Shown here in pieces: positions 42,247-51,213 of a stretch of 55,283 nt of DNA (its first letter is position 1; the number at the start of each line of letters is the position of its first letter). Origin of the DNA: a virus (Duplodnaviria; Caudoviricetes). Where the stretch lies: positions 1-55,283 of the IMG/VR virus record IMGVR_UViG_3300032239_000671; one strand, given 5' to 3'. Position numbers and translations under genes: made by a program. The notes beneath the pieces were generated by a model. It was not told the origin of the DNA and searched no databases. It was given only the letters and a program-made list of their open reading frames with translations.

Positions 42247-44757
42247 TTGAAAACACTGCGTAAAATCGCAGCACTATTCGTATTCCTAGCCGCTATTGGT
42301 TTACCAGCGGTATTCGTACCATCAAGCCATGCTGTTACTCTTGAAGAGTACAATGCTCAAGTTGCTGCTGCACAAGCAGAGGTGACTGCTGCACAAGCAG
42401 CCGTAAACACAGCACAGTTAAACTACGATACACAGCTCATTTCTGACGGGTCTACTGTCACGACTGGTATTACCGCAAAGGTATACAACAATACGATGAG
42501 CCGTAACCCAAATGAAGAAAATCTATGTACTACAACTACGCTCTCTCAAATAGCAGCTAACTGGGGCAGTGGCTCAATACTCGGCTGTAATAGTGACCGT
42601 GTAACTATTCACTACTTTGGAACCTTAACTGTTCCAGATACTGGGGCATATCGGTTTAGAAACATTGCTGATGACGGATTTTATTTAACTATTAATGGTC
42701 AAGTAGTCATTGATGAGTGGCGTGATAAAGGGTGTAACGGCTCTTGGGGTGCTCCAATCACTCTTACTGCTGGCACTGCTTACTCTATTGATGGCTGGTA
42801 CTATGAAAATGGTGGAGGAGCTTGTTCTACTCTCTATGTTTCTCAACCATCAGGTAACTGGCAAGTAACTCCAGCATCTTGGTTCGGCACTCCATCCGGA
42901 CAGATGATAAAGGACCCTGCTCTATTAGCCATCTTACAAACTGCTCAACAACGATTGGCTAATGCTCAAGCGGCTTTAGCAGCAATTCCAGCCTATGTCC
43001 CCCCAATTAATCCTCCTACCAGTTTAATCGGTCAAGTAGACAGCGGAACAGTGACCCTAAGTTGGACACCACCAAGTGACGGCACTCTTCCAGAGCGTTA
43101 TGCAATTTTCTTTAGTAATGGGACCTCTGCCGGATGGGGAGTTGCAACCGGCAATGTAGGCGACGCTAATGCTCTCAATACAACCATCACATTAAGTCAA
43201 GACGTATTTGCTGGCAGTGGTGGTTTGGATTCAACATACACTTTTTCAATTCGTTCAGATAACGACACTTTACATATGTATTCAACTCAATCAAACACAT
43301 TAACTTTGTTGGTACCTAACATGGCTCGGATTGCATCCGAACAAGCTGCGGCTGCTGCAGCAGAAGCAGCAAGAATAGCTGCTGAACAAGCAGCTGCTGC
43401 TGAAGCAGCACGTGTTGCAGCAGAACAAGCAGCAGCCGCAGCAGCAGAAGCAGCACGTGTTGCAGCAGAACAAGCAGCTGTTGTTGAAGCAGCACGACAA
43501 GCAGAAGCGGAACGTGTAGCTGCGATTGCAAGGCAGGAAGAACTAAACAGACAAGCAGCTATTGCAGCCGAGTTAGCACGACAATCTGAGGTTGCTCGTC
43601 AAGCAGAGCTAGCACGACAAGCTGCAGCAGCAGAGCAAGCACGTCAAGCAGAGATTGCAAAGCAAGCTGCAGAAGCAGAAGCTGCACGTGTTGCAGCTGA
43701 AAAAGCCGCAGCAGAAGAATCTGCTCGTGTTGCTGCAGAAGCTGCAGCTAAGGCAGAAGCCGAACGAATTGCAGCAGAAGCGGCAAAAGCCAAAGCCGAA
43801 GCTGAAGCAAAAGCTGCAGAAGAAGCAGCAGCTAAAGCAGCAGCTGAAAAAGCGGCAGCAGAAGCCGCTGCAGCTAAGGCGGAAGAAGACCGTTTAGCAG
43901 CAGAAGCCGCTGCAAAAGCACAAGCTGAAGCAGATGCTAAAGCAGAGGCAGATAGACTTGCAGCTGAAAAAATTGCAGCAGAACAAGCAGCTAAAGACAA
44001 AGCTGCTGCAGAAGCAGCTGCAAAGGCAGAAGCTGACCGAATTGCTGCAGAAGATGCAGCAAAAGCTAAAGCAGCAGCAGACAAAGCAGCAGCAGACAAA
44101 GCAGCGGCAGACAAAGCAGCAGCAGATAAAGCAGCGGCAGACAAAGCAGCGGCAGATAAAGCAGCGGCAGACAAAGCAGCGGCAGATAAAGCAGCGGCAG
44201 ACAAAGCAGCGGCAGATAAAGCAGCGGCAGACAAAGCAGCGGCAGATAAAGCAGCAGCCGATAAAGCAGCAGCCGATGCAATCGGTGTAACACTTAATAA
44301 TCCAAGTCAGCTATCTGACACTGTGGTAAAAGAAGCTCCAAAAGAAATTCTTGTCCCTCACGTACAAGAAGATAAATCTGGAGTTGAAAATGGCGGTATT
44401 GAATTTTTTGGAACAAAATCTGCACCACAGATTGTTGGAGAAGACGGACAACTAACCCCACCTGCACCACCACCGGGGTCTGGACTACCAATTCCTCCAG
44501 AAGCAATTACTACATCTGATACATTTATTGGACAACCAGGAGGAACAACTTTTAATGCACCCGACATTGCAGTTCCTGTAATACTTGTTCCTTTAGAAGG
44601 AGCAATTGCAGCAGTGCCTGGAGCAGAAGCACTAAATCATGCATTCGTCGCAATGGCGAACATCGGAAACGACATGTCCCCAGTTACAAGAAAGAAAGCC
44701 AAAAAGATTTTGGTTATAACCGTTGCCGTTGCCGCTATACGAAGGAGATTTAAATAA
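42247..44757 (+). CDS. Exported surface protein: signal peptide, PA14 domain, FN3 domain, long Ala-rich coiled-coil stalk, C-terminal anchor
   Basis: SHA cleavage site; NWGSG..G.LTVP.TG.Y.F..ADDG..L.ING..VIDEW..YYENGGGA (PA14); PPTSL..VTLSWTPP..YTFSIR (FN3); ILVITVAVAAIRRR. Confidence 0.8.
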   Translation: MKTLRKIAALFVFLAAIGLPAVFVPSSHAVTLEEYNAQVAAAQAEVTAAQAAVNTAQLNYDTQLISDGSTVTTGITAKVYNNTMSRNPNEENLCTTTTLSQIAANWGSGSILGCNSDRVTIHYFGTLTVPDTGAYRFRNIADDGFYLTINGQVVIDEWRDKGCNGSWGAPITLTAGTAYSIDGWYYENGGGACSTLYVSQPSGNWQVTPASWFGTPSGQMIKDPALLAILQTAQQRLANAQAALAAIPAYVPPINPPTSLIGQVDSGTVTLSWTPPSDGTLPERYAIFFSNGTSAGWGVATGNVGDANALNTTITLSQDVFAGSGGLDSTYTFSIRSDNDTLHMYSTQSNTLTLLVPNMARIASEQAAAAAAEAARIAAEQAAAAEAARVAAEQAAAAAAEAARVAAEQAAVVEAARQAEAERVAAIARQEELNRQAAIAAELARQSEVARQAELARQAAAAEQARQAEIAKQAAEAEAARVAAEKAAAEESARVAAEAAAKAEAERIAAEAAKAKAEAEAKAAEEAAAKAAAEKAAAEAAAAKAEEDRLAAEAAAKAQAEADAKAEADRLAAEKIAAEQAAKDKAAAEAAAKAEADRIAAEDAAKAKAAADKAAADKAAADKAAADKAAADKAAADKAAADKAAADKAAADKAAADKAAADKAAADKAAADKAAADAIGVTLNNPSQLSDTVVKEAPKEILVPHVQEDKSGVENGGIEFFGTKSAPQIVGEDGQLTPPAPPPGSGLPIPPEAITTSDTFIGQPGGTTFNAPDIAVPVILVPLEGAIAAVPGAEALNHAFVAMANIGNDMSPVTRKKAKKILVITVAVAAIRRRFK
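44071..44277 (+). repeat. 15-bp tandem repeat x13-14 encoding (AAADK)n
   Basis: GCAGC(A/G)GCAGA(C/T)AAA units. Confidence 0.95.
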
Positions 44758-44936
44758 TGAAACAATTTTTTAAAGATGTATCAAAAGACTTTTTTTCAGA
44801 GATTTGGACTTTTGTTGGGTTATTCTCAGCATGGTTAGTTCTTACAGGAAGTGCTAAAACTGTTATCGGAAAGGTAACTTTGGCATCTTTCATTGTTTGG
44901 ATTATCACACTTAGACTGCGTAATCCAAAAGAATAA
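44757..44936 (+). CDS. Small two-TM membrane protein (59 aa, not in track)
   Basis: RBS AAGGAG, TAATG coupling; IWTFVGLFSAWLVL..LASFIVWIITL. Confidence 0.75.
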   Translation: MKQFFKDVSKDFFSEIWTFVGLFSAWLVLTGSAKTVIGKVTLASFIVWIITLRLRNPKE

Positions 44937-44972
44937 AAGAGAATTAGGTAAGGGCAATTAGCAAGGAGAAAC

Positions 44973-45161
44973 ATGAACGCAAAGTTAAAAGCTGCAGCAG
45001 CATCATATGCTCGTACCGCAGCGTCAGCAGCAATTGCTATGTACATGGCTGGTCACACAGACCCTAAGTCACTTGGCATGGCAGCAGTAGGCGCAGTAGC
45101 TGGTCCAGCACTTCGTGCACTCAATAAAAACGATGCCGCTTTCGGTCTCGGGTCTAAGTAA
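44973..45161 (+). CDS. Putative holin
   Basis: Small Ala-rich membrane protein SYAR..A...GPALRALN..D.AFG; RBS AAGGAG. Confidence 0.6.
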   Translation: MNAKLKAAAASYARTAASAAIAMYMAGHTDPKSLGMAAVGAVAGPALRALNKNDAAFGLGSK

Positions 45162-45181
45162 TTAACTAAGGAGTAGCACCA

Positions 45182-45535
45182 GTGACAATGTTTTTTACGA
45201 CTATTGGCGTTGTTACTGGTGCTCTTCTTGGGGTAGGAATTCTTTTAAGTCCTTTGTATAAAAAGATAAAGCGTTGGGCTAATTGGATGGAACGATTTAT
45301 GCGGGATTGGGAAGGCGAAGAAGAAGAACCTGGTCGTGACCGTGTACCTGGCGTAATGGAACGTCTTAACAACATGGATGGCGAGCTAAGCAACAACGGT
45401 GGTTTTAGTACAGTCAAAGACCGCGTAGATAGACTCTATGAGAACCAAACCGTCTTAATGGATGCTTTTGTAGAAATGGGTGACCGGTTAATTTCTATTG
45501 AAAATTGCCTTACAGATAACAAGACTGAGTCGTAA
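45182..45535 (+). CDS. Membrane protein (lysis-cassette type)
   Basis: N-terminal TM, DW.GE..PGVMERL..NGG.S.KD coiled coil. Confidence 0.65.
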   Translation: MTMFFTTIGVVTGALLGVGILLSPLYKKIKRWANWMERFMRDWEGEEEEPGRDRVPGVMERLNNMDGELSNNGGFSTVKDRVDRLYENQTVLMDAFVEMGDRLISIENCLTDNKTES

Positions 45536-45555
45536 AAGTAAGAGAAGATATACCC

Positions 45556-46203
45556 ATGCCAGAAATGAACAAGATGAATATTGATATACCTGCCCATAAT
45601 TGGAATCCTGCGTCTTCTATTTCTAACAAATTAAACAAAGGGGCAAGTTCTTTGAACTCTAGAGGAGCAAGTTTTATAGGTATGGCCCAAGCTGCCAAAA
45701 TGCAAGGCAAACAACATGAGCACGAACGCATCATGCAAAGTGCTCAGCATGGTCATGAAATTCACAGCATTATTGCTCAGGGCGCCGTTGACATGGAAAA
45801 CAACGCAGCAAACAACCGGCATGAACGTCGTCAAGCTATTCTTATTCATAATAATGAATTAGAAAAAGCAGCACAAGAACATAATAACGCTACTGGATTT
45901 TTGCAGACACTTCGTTCAAATGCAGAGCCTGGAACTGAAGCAGCGTTTACTCACGGGAACATTAAAGCAAGTTTTACTTTAAAAAATAAAGAAACAAAAG
46001 CTCAAAAACCAGAAGCTCCTACAACTTCATCGGTTCCTCCAACTCCAGCTCCTACTGCTCCAGTTCCGTCTTCAACAGGAGTTGTAGACCGTGATGCTAA
46101 GGGTCGTGCAGTTTCAAGAGACCCAGTAAAACGAGCTGCATCAGAAGCTAAAGCTAAAGCAAAAACAGCAGCAAAAAAACAGACTACAAAAAGGAAAAAG
46201 TAA
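45556..46203 (+). CDS. Hypothetical His/Gln-rich protein
   Basis: Long ORF with a leaderless-type start. Confidence 0.65.
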   Translation: MPEMNKMNIDIPAHNWNPASSISNKLNKGASSLNSRGASFIGMAQAAKMQGKQHEHERIMQSAQHGHEIHSIIAQGAVDMENNAANNRHERRQAILIHNNELEKAAQEHNNATGFLQTLRSNAEPGTEAAFTHGNIKASFTLKNKETKAQKPEAPTTSSVPPTPAPTAPVPSSTGVVDRDAKGRAVSRDPVKRAASEAKAKAKTAAKKQTTKRKK

Positions 46204-46467
46204 ATGAAGTGTGCAAACTGCAATGAAGTTGCTTGGTATGAGTACAAACTAACTTTAGACAAAAGCTTGTATTTTTGCGAAAAAGACCTTCCTTCTTTTC
46301 TTGCAAAAGCAAAACTTGCTAATCTTCTTGAAAAAACAGACAAACTAAAAGAGATGATTGAAGATGGATTGCAGAGTATTTCTGCTCCAGAACAACCTTC
46401 TGCAGAACCTACACCGGAAACTAAAACGACTAAAAAGGCTGCAGCAAAAGATGCCAATAATTCGTAA
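46204..46467 (+). CDS. Hypothetical Zn-binding protein
   Basis: MKCANC...YFC..LP.FL. Confidence 0.65.
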   Translation: MKCANCNEVAWYEYKLTLDKSLYFCEKDLPSFLAKAKLANLLEKTDKLKEMIEDGLQSISAPEQPSAEPTPETKTTKKAAAKDANNS

Positions 46468-46681
46468 GTTTGCTATTCAAGGTCACGAAATCCCAGCAGT
46501 TGCTCATTCTCCTAGAGGTCCTTTTCCCCCAGAAATACTAGAACAACCTCGTATGGAGTACGACCCAGAGCATTCTGATTCTTTGCACGTTGGATTAGAT
46601 GACGTAAGATTTTTTAAATGCCGTGATTGCAGCGAGATTCTTTTAGAAGAACATCTAAACATGCACGAGTGTGAAGACTAA
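46451..46681 (+). CDS. Hypothetical Zn-finger protein
   Basis: Start at MPIIRKF; C-terminal CRDC...H.C. Confidence 0.6.
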   Translation: MPIIRKFAIQGHEIPAVAHSPRGPFPPEILEQPRMEYDPEHSDSLHVGLDDVRFFKCRDCSEILLEEHLNMHECED

Positions 46682-46685
46682 ACCC

Positions 46686-46714
46686 TGACAGTAGTCAAAA
46701 AGTCTTGGATACTA
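46686..46714 (+). promoter_or_regulatory. Putative late-type promoter
   Basis: CTGACA-17nt-GATACT; same geometry as CTGACA-17-GAAAAT at ~10193-10221. Confidence 0.45.
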
Positions 46715-46775
46715 GACGCAAGGGTTCCCCTAAGCGCATAGGGAAAATTACAACCTCTCTAGAGAAAGAAGAAAA

Positions 46776-47432
46776 ATGGCTACAAATAACAACGGAAATC
46801 TTTTAGATACCGCAGGAAACATTGCAGTTGATTTTGTATGGGGAAATTTTCCTATGCAACCAAACGACGTTCGCCCAGATACAGCAACAGGTCGTCTAGA
46901 CCCAGCACTTGATAACCACATCATTGCTCTTTCAGGTTGGGGCGGATACCCACAGTTTGTGGCAAACTCAGCAGGTGAAGATGTAGCAGGTCCAATTGAT
47001 TACATCCTTACTCCAAATGTTCTTGGTCTTACAACAGCACTTGCACAAGATGCGTTGAAGGATGCTTCATTTGCAACAATCACTGTTAACTCAGCAGCAA
47101 CAAACGCTGCTAAATCAATTACAGACGTTGACCGTGCTGAGGGCTCAACAGTTGCTCGCATTACAGGAACAGGCTTTGCCGCAGCGTACCCAGCAGGTAC
47201 AAAGATTACAATTGCCTCAACTGGAACTGTAGATGGTACATGGACTGTAAACAACGTGGAAAGCACAGACAAGGTTTACTTTGTCTCAAATGCAACCACA
47301 GCTTTGTCTACAGGAACTGGTTCAGTTATCGGTGTTCCAGGAACAATCAAGGCACAGTCTATCGCAGCAGGACAAAACAACATTGTTCCAGGTTCAGTAA
47401 TTAACATTACACCTTGGGCAGCAGCGTCCTAA
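46776..47432 (+). CDS. Probable virion structural protein with a PASTA-like segment
   Basis: Thr/Ala/Gly-rich, biased codon use; TPNVLGLTTALAQDAL. Confidence 0.55.
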   Translation: MATNNNGNLLDTAGNIAVDFVWGNFPMQPNDVRPDTATGRLDPALDNHIIALSGWGGYPQFVANSAGEDVAGPIDYILTPNVLGLTTALAQDALKDASFATITVNSAATNAAKSITDVDRAEGSTVARITGTGFAAAYPAGTKITIASTGTVDGTWTVNNVESTDKVYFVSNATTALSTGTGSVIGVPGTIKAQSIAAGQNNIVPGSVINITPWAAAS

Positions 47433-47439
47433 TTAGCTG

Positions 47440-48246
47440 ATGGCAAAAACAACAGGTGGAGGAGCTCGGCGTAATACACGCCGGGCTGCTCCGTCTGCAA
47501 ATGAACTATTAAATTCTTTAGGTAAACAAGTTTTTGGAAATGACTTTAAAGGAGCTGTAACGGCTGCTTCTAAGGGTGAGTTCAACAAAATTACTGACGT
47601 CATGTACGATGACATGGAAACTATGGACAGATATTACGGTCCAAATTCGTACAACAATCTTGCTGCAACAATGAAAAAAGATGGTTCAACTGGTAAGTTT
47701 ACCTCGTTTAACCAAGATACTAGTAGGTCACGTGCTTTTTATGAAGTTATTGATTTAAACACAGATTTAGATTTACCTTCTAATTTACGAGTCCCAGGAT
47801 ACAAAGGACCTCAAAGTGAGGAAGATAGTTCTCCGGCAGATTTAACTGTTGTGCCAACTTCAACAACCAACTATCAACGTCCCCGCACCGTGGCTGCAGG
47901 TTACGATGAAGAGGAAGAAAAACTTACTGTTATGTTCCGAGATGGAACCCTGTACAACTATTACGAAGTAGACAAAAATGAATGGAAAGCCTTTAAAGCA
48001 AATCGTTCTAAGGGTGCTATCATTGCTCAAATGCTTGACTACAAGCCCCGTGGTGAAGCAGATTCTATTTCAGATAAAGCACAACAAGCTTTTTACCGAT
48101 TTAGCCGTGGAGCTCAAATTCACGTTAAAGGAACCGTTAGAGGCCAGAACAAAGTCATATTTAAAACAGAAGGTCAATCAAAACGAACAGCAAAAGCATC
48201 AGGTAAAAATCCATCTAAAGGTGGAAAAGCACCGAAAAGGAAATAA
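47440..48246 (+). CDS. KTSC-domain protein
   Basis: AAGYD....LTVMFRDGTLY.Y..V....W..F....SKG. Confidence 0.75.
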   Translation: MAKTTGGGARRNTRRAAPSANELLNSLGKQVFGNDFKGAVTAASKGEFNKITDVMYDDMETMDRYYGPNSYNNLAATMKKDGSTGKFTSFNQDTSRSRAFYEVIDLNTDLDLPSNLRVPGYKGPQSEEDSSPADLTVVPTSTTNYQRPRTVAAGYDEEEEKLTVMFRDGTLYNYYEVDKNEWKAFKANRSKGAIIAQMLDYKPRGEADSISDKAQQAFYRFSRGAQIHVKGTVRGQNKVIFKTEGQSKRTAKASGKNPSKGGKAPKRK

Positions 48247-48645
48247 ATGCCAAAGGTACACAACATTGGACCAAAACACTTTGTACAGTTTATGCACTTT
48301 CCTGTTATTTGGGGAAAAAAAGTTGTTGTACGTGGTTGGACTCAAGAAATAGACGAACCATTTAGAACTTCTACTCCTTATTTGCTAAGACTTCCAAAAC
48401 ACAAAGCATTAGCATTTGGAAAATGGACCGGCTTTAAGGAAGAAGAAGACGCACTCAATTCGGCACTAGAAACACGGGAAGTTACATACGATGATTTTAC
48501 GGAAAAAGCAGGATGGACGCCAGCCCCAGACTCGGATAGAGAAACGAGTAGCGAAGGTCTCAACTCCAGATTTGATTTTATGGATGGAGCAGTCCATGTA
48601 CACGATTGGCAAACTTATTACAGAATGGCAAAAGAATCAGAGTAA
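48247..48645 (+). CDS. Hypothetical protein
   Basis: RBS AAGGA; abuts the upstream stop. Confidence 0.65.
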   Translation: MPKVHNIGPKHFVQFMHFPVIWGKKVVVRGWTQEIDEPFRTSTPYLLRLPKHKALAFGKWTGFKEEEDALNSALETREVTYDDFTEKAGWTPAPDSDRETSSEGLNSRFDFMDGAVHVHDWQTYYRMAKESE

Positions 48646-48724
48646 TGATGCAGTTCTTGATGAAGTTTTATTAGGAGCAGAAGCTTTTTACGCAATTGCT
48701 AAGGAACTCAAGAAACGTGCATAG
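48491..48724 (+). CDS. Hypothetical helical protein overlapping the upstream gene
   Basis: Amphipathic helical sequence ending just before the terminase leader. Confidence 0.55.
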   Translation: MILRKKQDGRQPQTRIEKRVAKVSTPDLILWMEQSMYTIGKLITEWQKNQSNDAVLDEVLLGAEAFYAIAKELKKRA

Positions 48725-48810
48725 TGTGTGTTACTATTTCCTTGCTTCACCTCTCTCCTGGTCTGGCGATGACCCACAGCAATGTGGGTCTAGTCAATTA
48801 ATGAGGAAAA

Positions 48811-50409
48811 ATGCCTATTGATTTTGATGACAAAAAGTTTGAAGAAATTAATCCTGAGTTTTATTTGCAAGAGGAAGACCCAGAACAAGCGGCTTTAGAA
48901 AAAGAAGAAGTTTTAGATGAACTGTCTCAACAATTTGTAGATAAACTTATTGACAAAATGATGCTCTTTTTAAAAGAGTTAGTTGGTCATGATTTACATC
49001 CATATCAAAAACCACTTGCACGTAGGATTATGGAATCAGTAATTATCAATGATGCTGAAGAAATTACAGCATTAGCTGCACGTCAGTCTGGAAAATCAGA
49101 AACCGTTGCAGACACAGTAGTTACTCTTATGATTCTCCTTCCTCGTCTTGCAAAGCTTTATCCGGACCTTCTTGGAAAGTTTAAAGATGGCGTATGGGTT
49201 GGGTTGTTTGCTCCTACTGAAGGACAAGCTGAAACATTGTTTGGTCGTGCAGTTACACGACTTACGTCAGAACGTGCTTTAGAGATATTAAATGACGTTG
49301 AAATTGATGACAAAGCTGCTCGTGTCGGTGGAGTAACACGCCAAATTAAACTTGCAAACTCAGGTTCTAGCATCACAATGATGACTGCAAACCCAAGAGC
49401 TAAAATTGAATCTAAGTCGTTCCATCTTATTGTTATTGATGAGTGCCAAGAGGCAGACGATTTTGTAGTTTCTAAATCAATTGCACCAATGCTTGCATAT
49501 TACGCAGGAACAATGGTTAAGACTGGCACCCCAACAACCAGCAAAAATAATTTTTATAGAGCAATTCAATTAAATCGTAGACGACAAACTACACGAGGTA
49601 ACAGACAAAACCATTTTCAATGGGATTGGAAAGAAGTTATTAAGTATAACAAAAATTACGAACGCTCAATTAAAAAAGAAATGCTTCGTATTGGAGAAGA
49701 CTCTGATGAGTTTCAAATGTCATATAATTGTAAATGGCTTCTTGAACGAGGAATGTTTATTACCTCATCAAAGATGGATGAACTTGGAGACACGTCACAA
49801 GAGCTAGTAAAATCTTGGCATAAAACTCCTTGCGTTGTGGGTGTTGACCCTGCACGTAAAACAGACTCAACAGTAGTTACAGTTGTTTGGGTTGATTGGG
49901 ACCGTCCAGATGAGTTTGGATATTTTGACCATCGTGTTTTAAATTGGCTTGAACTTCAAGGAGACGATTGGGAAGAACAATATTTTCAAATTGTAAATTT
50001 TTTGGAAAACTACGATGTTCTGGCTGTTGGCGTTGATGCTAACGGAGTTGGAGATGCTGTTGCACAGCGGTTAAAACTTTTAATACCTAGAGCTGAAGTT
50101 ATGTCTATTACATCTTCTCCTTCTGAGCAATCTAAAAGATGGAAACATCTGCAAGCACTAATTCAAAGAGAGATGATTTCTTGGCCTGCTCATGCCAAAA
50201 CTCGCAGACTACGTACCTGGAAACGTTTTTATCAACAAATGACCGATGCAGAAGTTCAGTTTAAAGGTCCAAACTTTATGGTTGCTGCTCCTGATGAAGC
50301 TTACTCTCATGATGACTTTGTGGACTCTTTATCTATTGCCTGCTCTTTAACACAGGATTTAGTAATGCCAGAAGTAGTTGCTTCTAGCAATCCTTTTTTT
50401 GGTAGTTAA
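48811..50409 (+). CDS. terL: Terminase large subunit
   Basis: AARQSGKS (Walker A), IVIDECQ (Walker B), TGTP, VGVDPAR, HDDFVDS. Confidence 0.93.
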   Translation: MPIDFDDKKFEEINPEFYLQEEDPEQAALEKEEVLDELSQQFVDKLIDKMMLFLKELVGHDLHPYQKPLARRIMESVIINDAEEITALAARQSGKSETVADTVVTLMILLPRLAKLYPDLLGKFKDGVWVGLFAPTEGQAETLFGRAVTRLTSERALEILNDVEIDDKAARVGGVTRQIKLANSGSSITMMTANPRAKIESKSFHLIVIDECQEADDFVVSKSIAPMLAYYAGTMVKTGTPTTSKNNFYRAIQLNRRRQTTRGNRQNHFQWDWKEVIKYNKNYERSIKKEMLRIGEDSDEFQMSYNCKWLLERGMFITSSKMDELGDTSQELVKSWHKTPCVVGVDPARKTDSTVVTVVWVDWDRPDEFGYFDHRVLNWLELQGDDWEEQYFQIVNFLENYDVLAVGVDANGVGDAVAQRLKLLIPRAEVMSITSSPSEQSKRWKHLQALIQREMISWPAHAKTRRLRTWKRFYQQMTDAEVQFKGPNFMVAAPDEAYSHDDFVDSLSIACSLTQDLVMPEVVASSNPFFGS

Positions 50410-50487
50410 ACAACACAAACCCTTAAAAAGGCGAGAGACTATTACCTGGAATGGCCTTCCATCTACAAAATATTAAGGAGTCTCCAA

Positions 50488-50883
50488 ATGGGTATTTCCC
50501 CAGCACCACAGTTCCCAGAACGTTCACCAAATATGTATGAGCGTACTGGCGCAGCAAACATGACACGTCGTGGACCACTTCGTTTTGAAGAAGGTATCGC
50601 AACAGATACTGACGTCCCAACTGATTTCCAAAAGGGCATGATGCAAGGAATGATTCCTGCAGCAGGTCGCCCAAACCATAACGCAAACGTATTTGAGAAG
50701 CCAGCTGCAGAGACCCTATCTCAGCGTTCTCACGTGGGTTCTGCTTCATGGGTAGAGGCACCAACATTCCTTGGTGAGTTCGCACACGGAACTTCAAATG
50801 ACTACGCAGCTCAAATCATTGAAACCAAGGTAGTATCAGGCGGACGTTCTCAACGTCAATCTGCAACAGTCGTAAACGACTAG
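50488..50883 (+). CDS. Hypothetical (probable head-associated) protein
   Basis: RBS AAGGAG; between terL and portal. Confidence 0.7.
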   Translation: MGISPAPQFPERSPNMYERTGAANMTRRGPLRFEEGIATDTDVPTDFQKGMMQGMIPAAGRPNHNANVFEKPAAETLSQRSHVGSASWVEAPTFLGEFAHGTSNDYAAQIIETKVVSGGRSQRQSATVVND

Positions 50884-50949
50884 TTTAGACAGACATCCGT
50901 ATGCCCCCACATTAGTGTGGGGGCTATCGGGTTATCAAGAGGAGCTATA

Positions 50950-51213
50950 GTGGCTAGCAAACCAGCTAACGAAAAACTTTACGCAATGATTGTTGCACAG
51001 GCTAAGGCTAAGTATTCTAATTACCCTAACCCTGGCGCAAGCCATTGGGTTCATGAGCGCTACATTCAATCGGGTGGAAAGTTCATTGACACAACTGAAG
51101 ACTCTCGTCGTAAAGACATGATAAAAAAAGCTTTTGTTAATAAAAGGAAAAAAGAAGCAGCAACAGAAAAAACAAAGAAGACTGTTAAGAAAGACAAGAA
51201 GAAAGATAAGTAA
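50950..51213 (+). CDS. Hypothetical basic protein
   Basis: GTG start after GAGGAG; PAN.KLY..AKAKY..YP...W...Y...GG. Confidence 0.65.
   Translation: MASKPANEKLYAMIVAQAKAKYSNYPNPGASHWVHERYIQSGGKFIDTTEDSRRKDMIKKAFVNKRKKEAATEKTKKTVKKDKKKDK

Noticed and set aside
43300-44293. Antisense and alternative-frame ORFs (SAAAL)n, (QRQIK)n, (LLYLP)n
   Set aside because: Shadows of the Ala-rich and 15-bp repeats in the surface-protein gene
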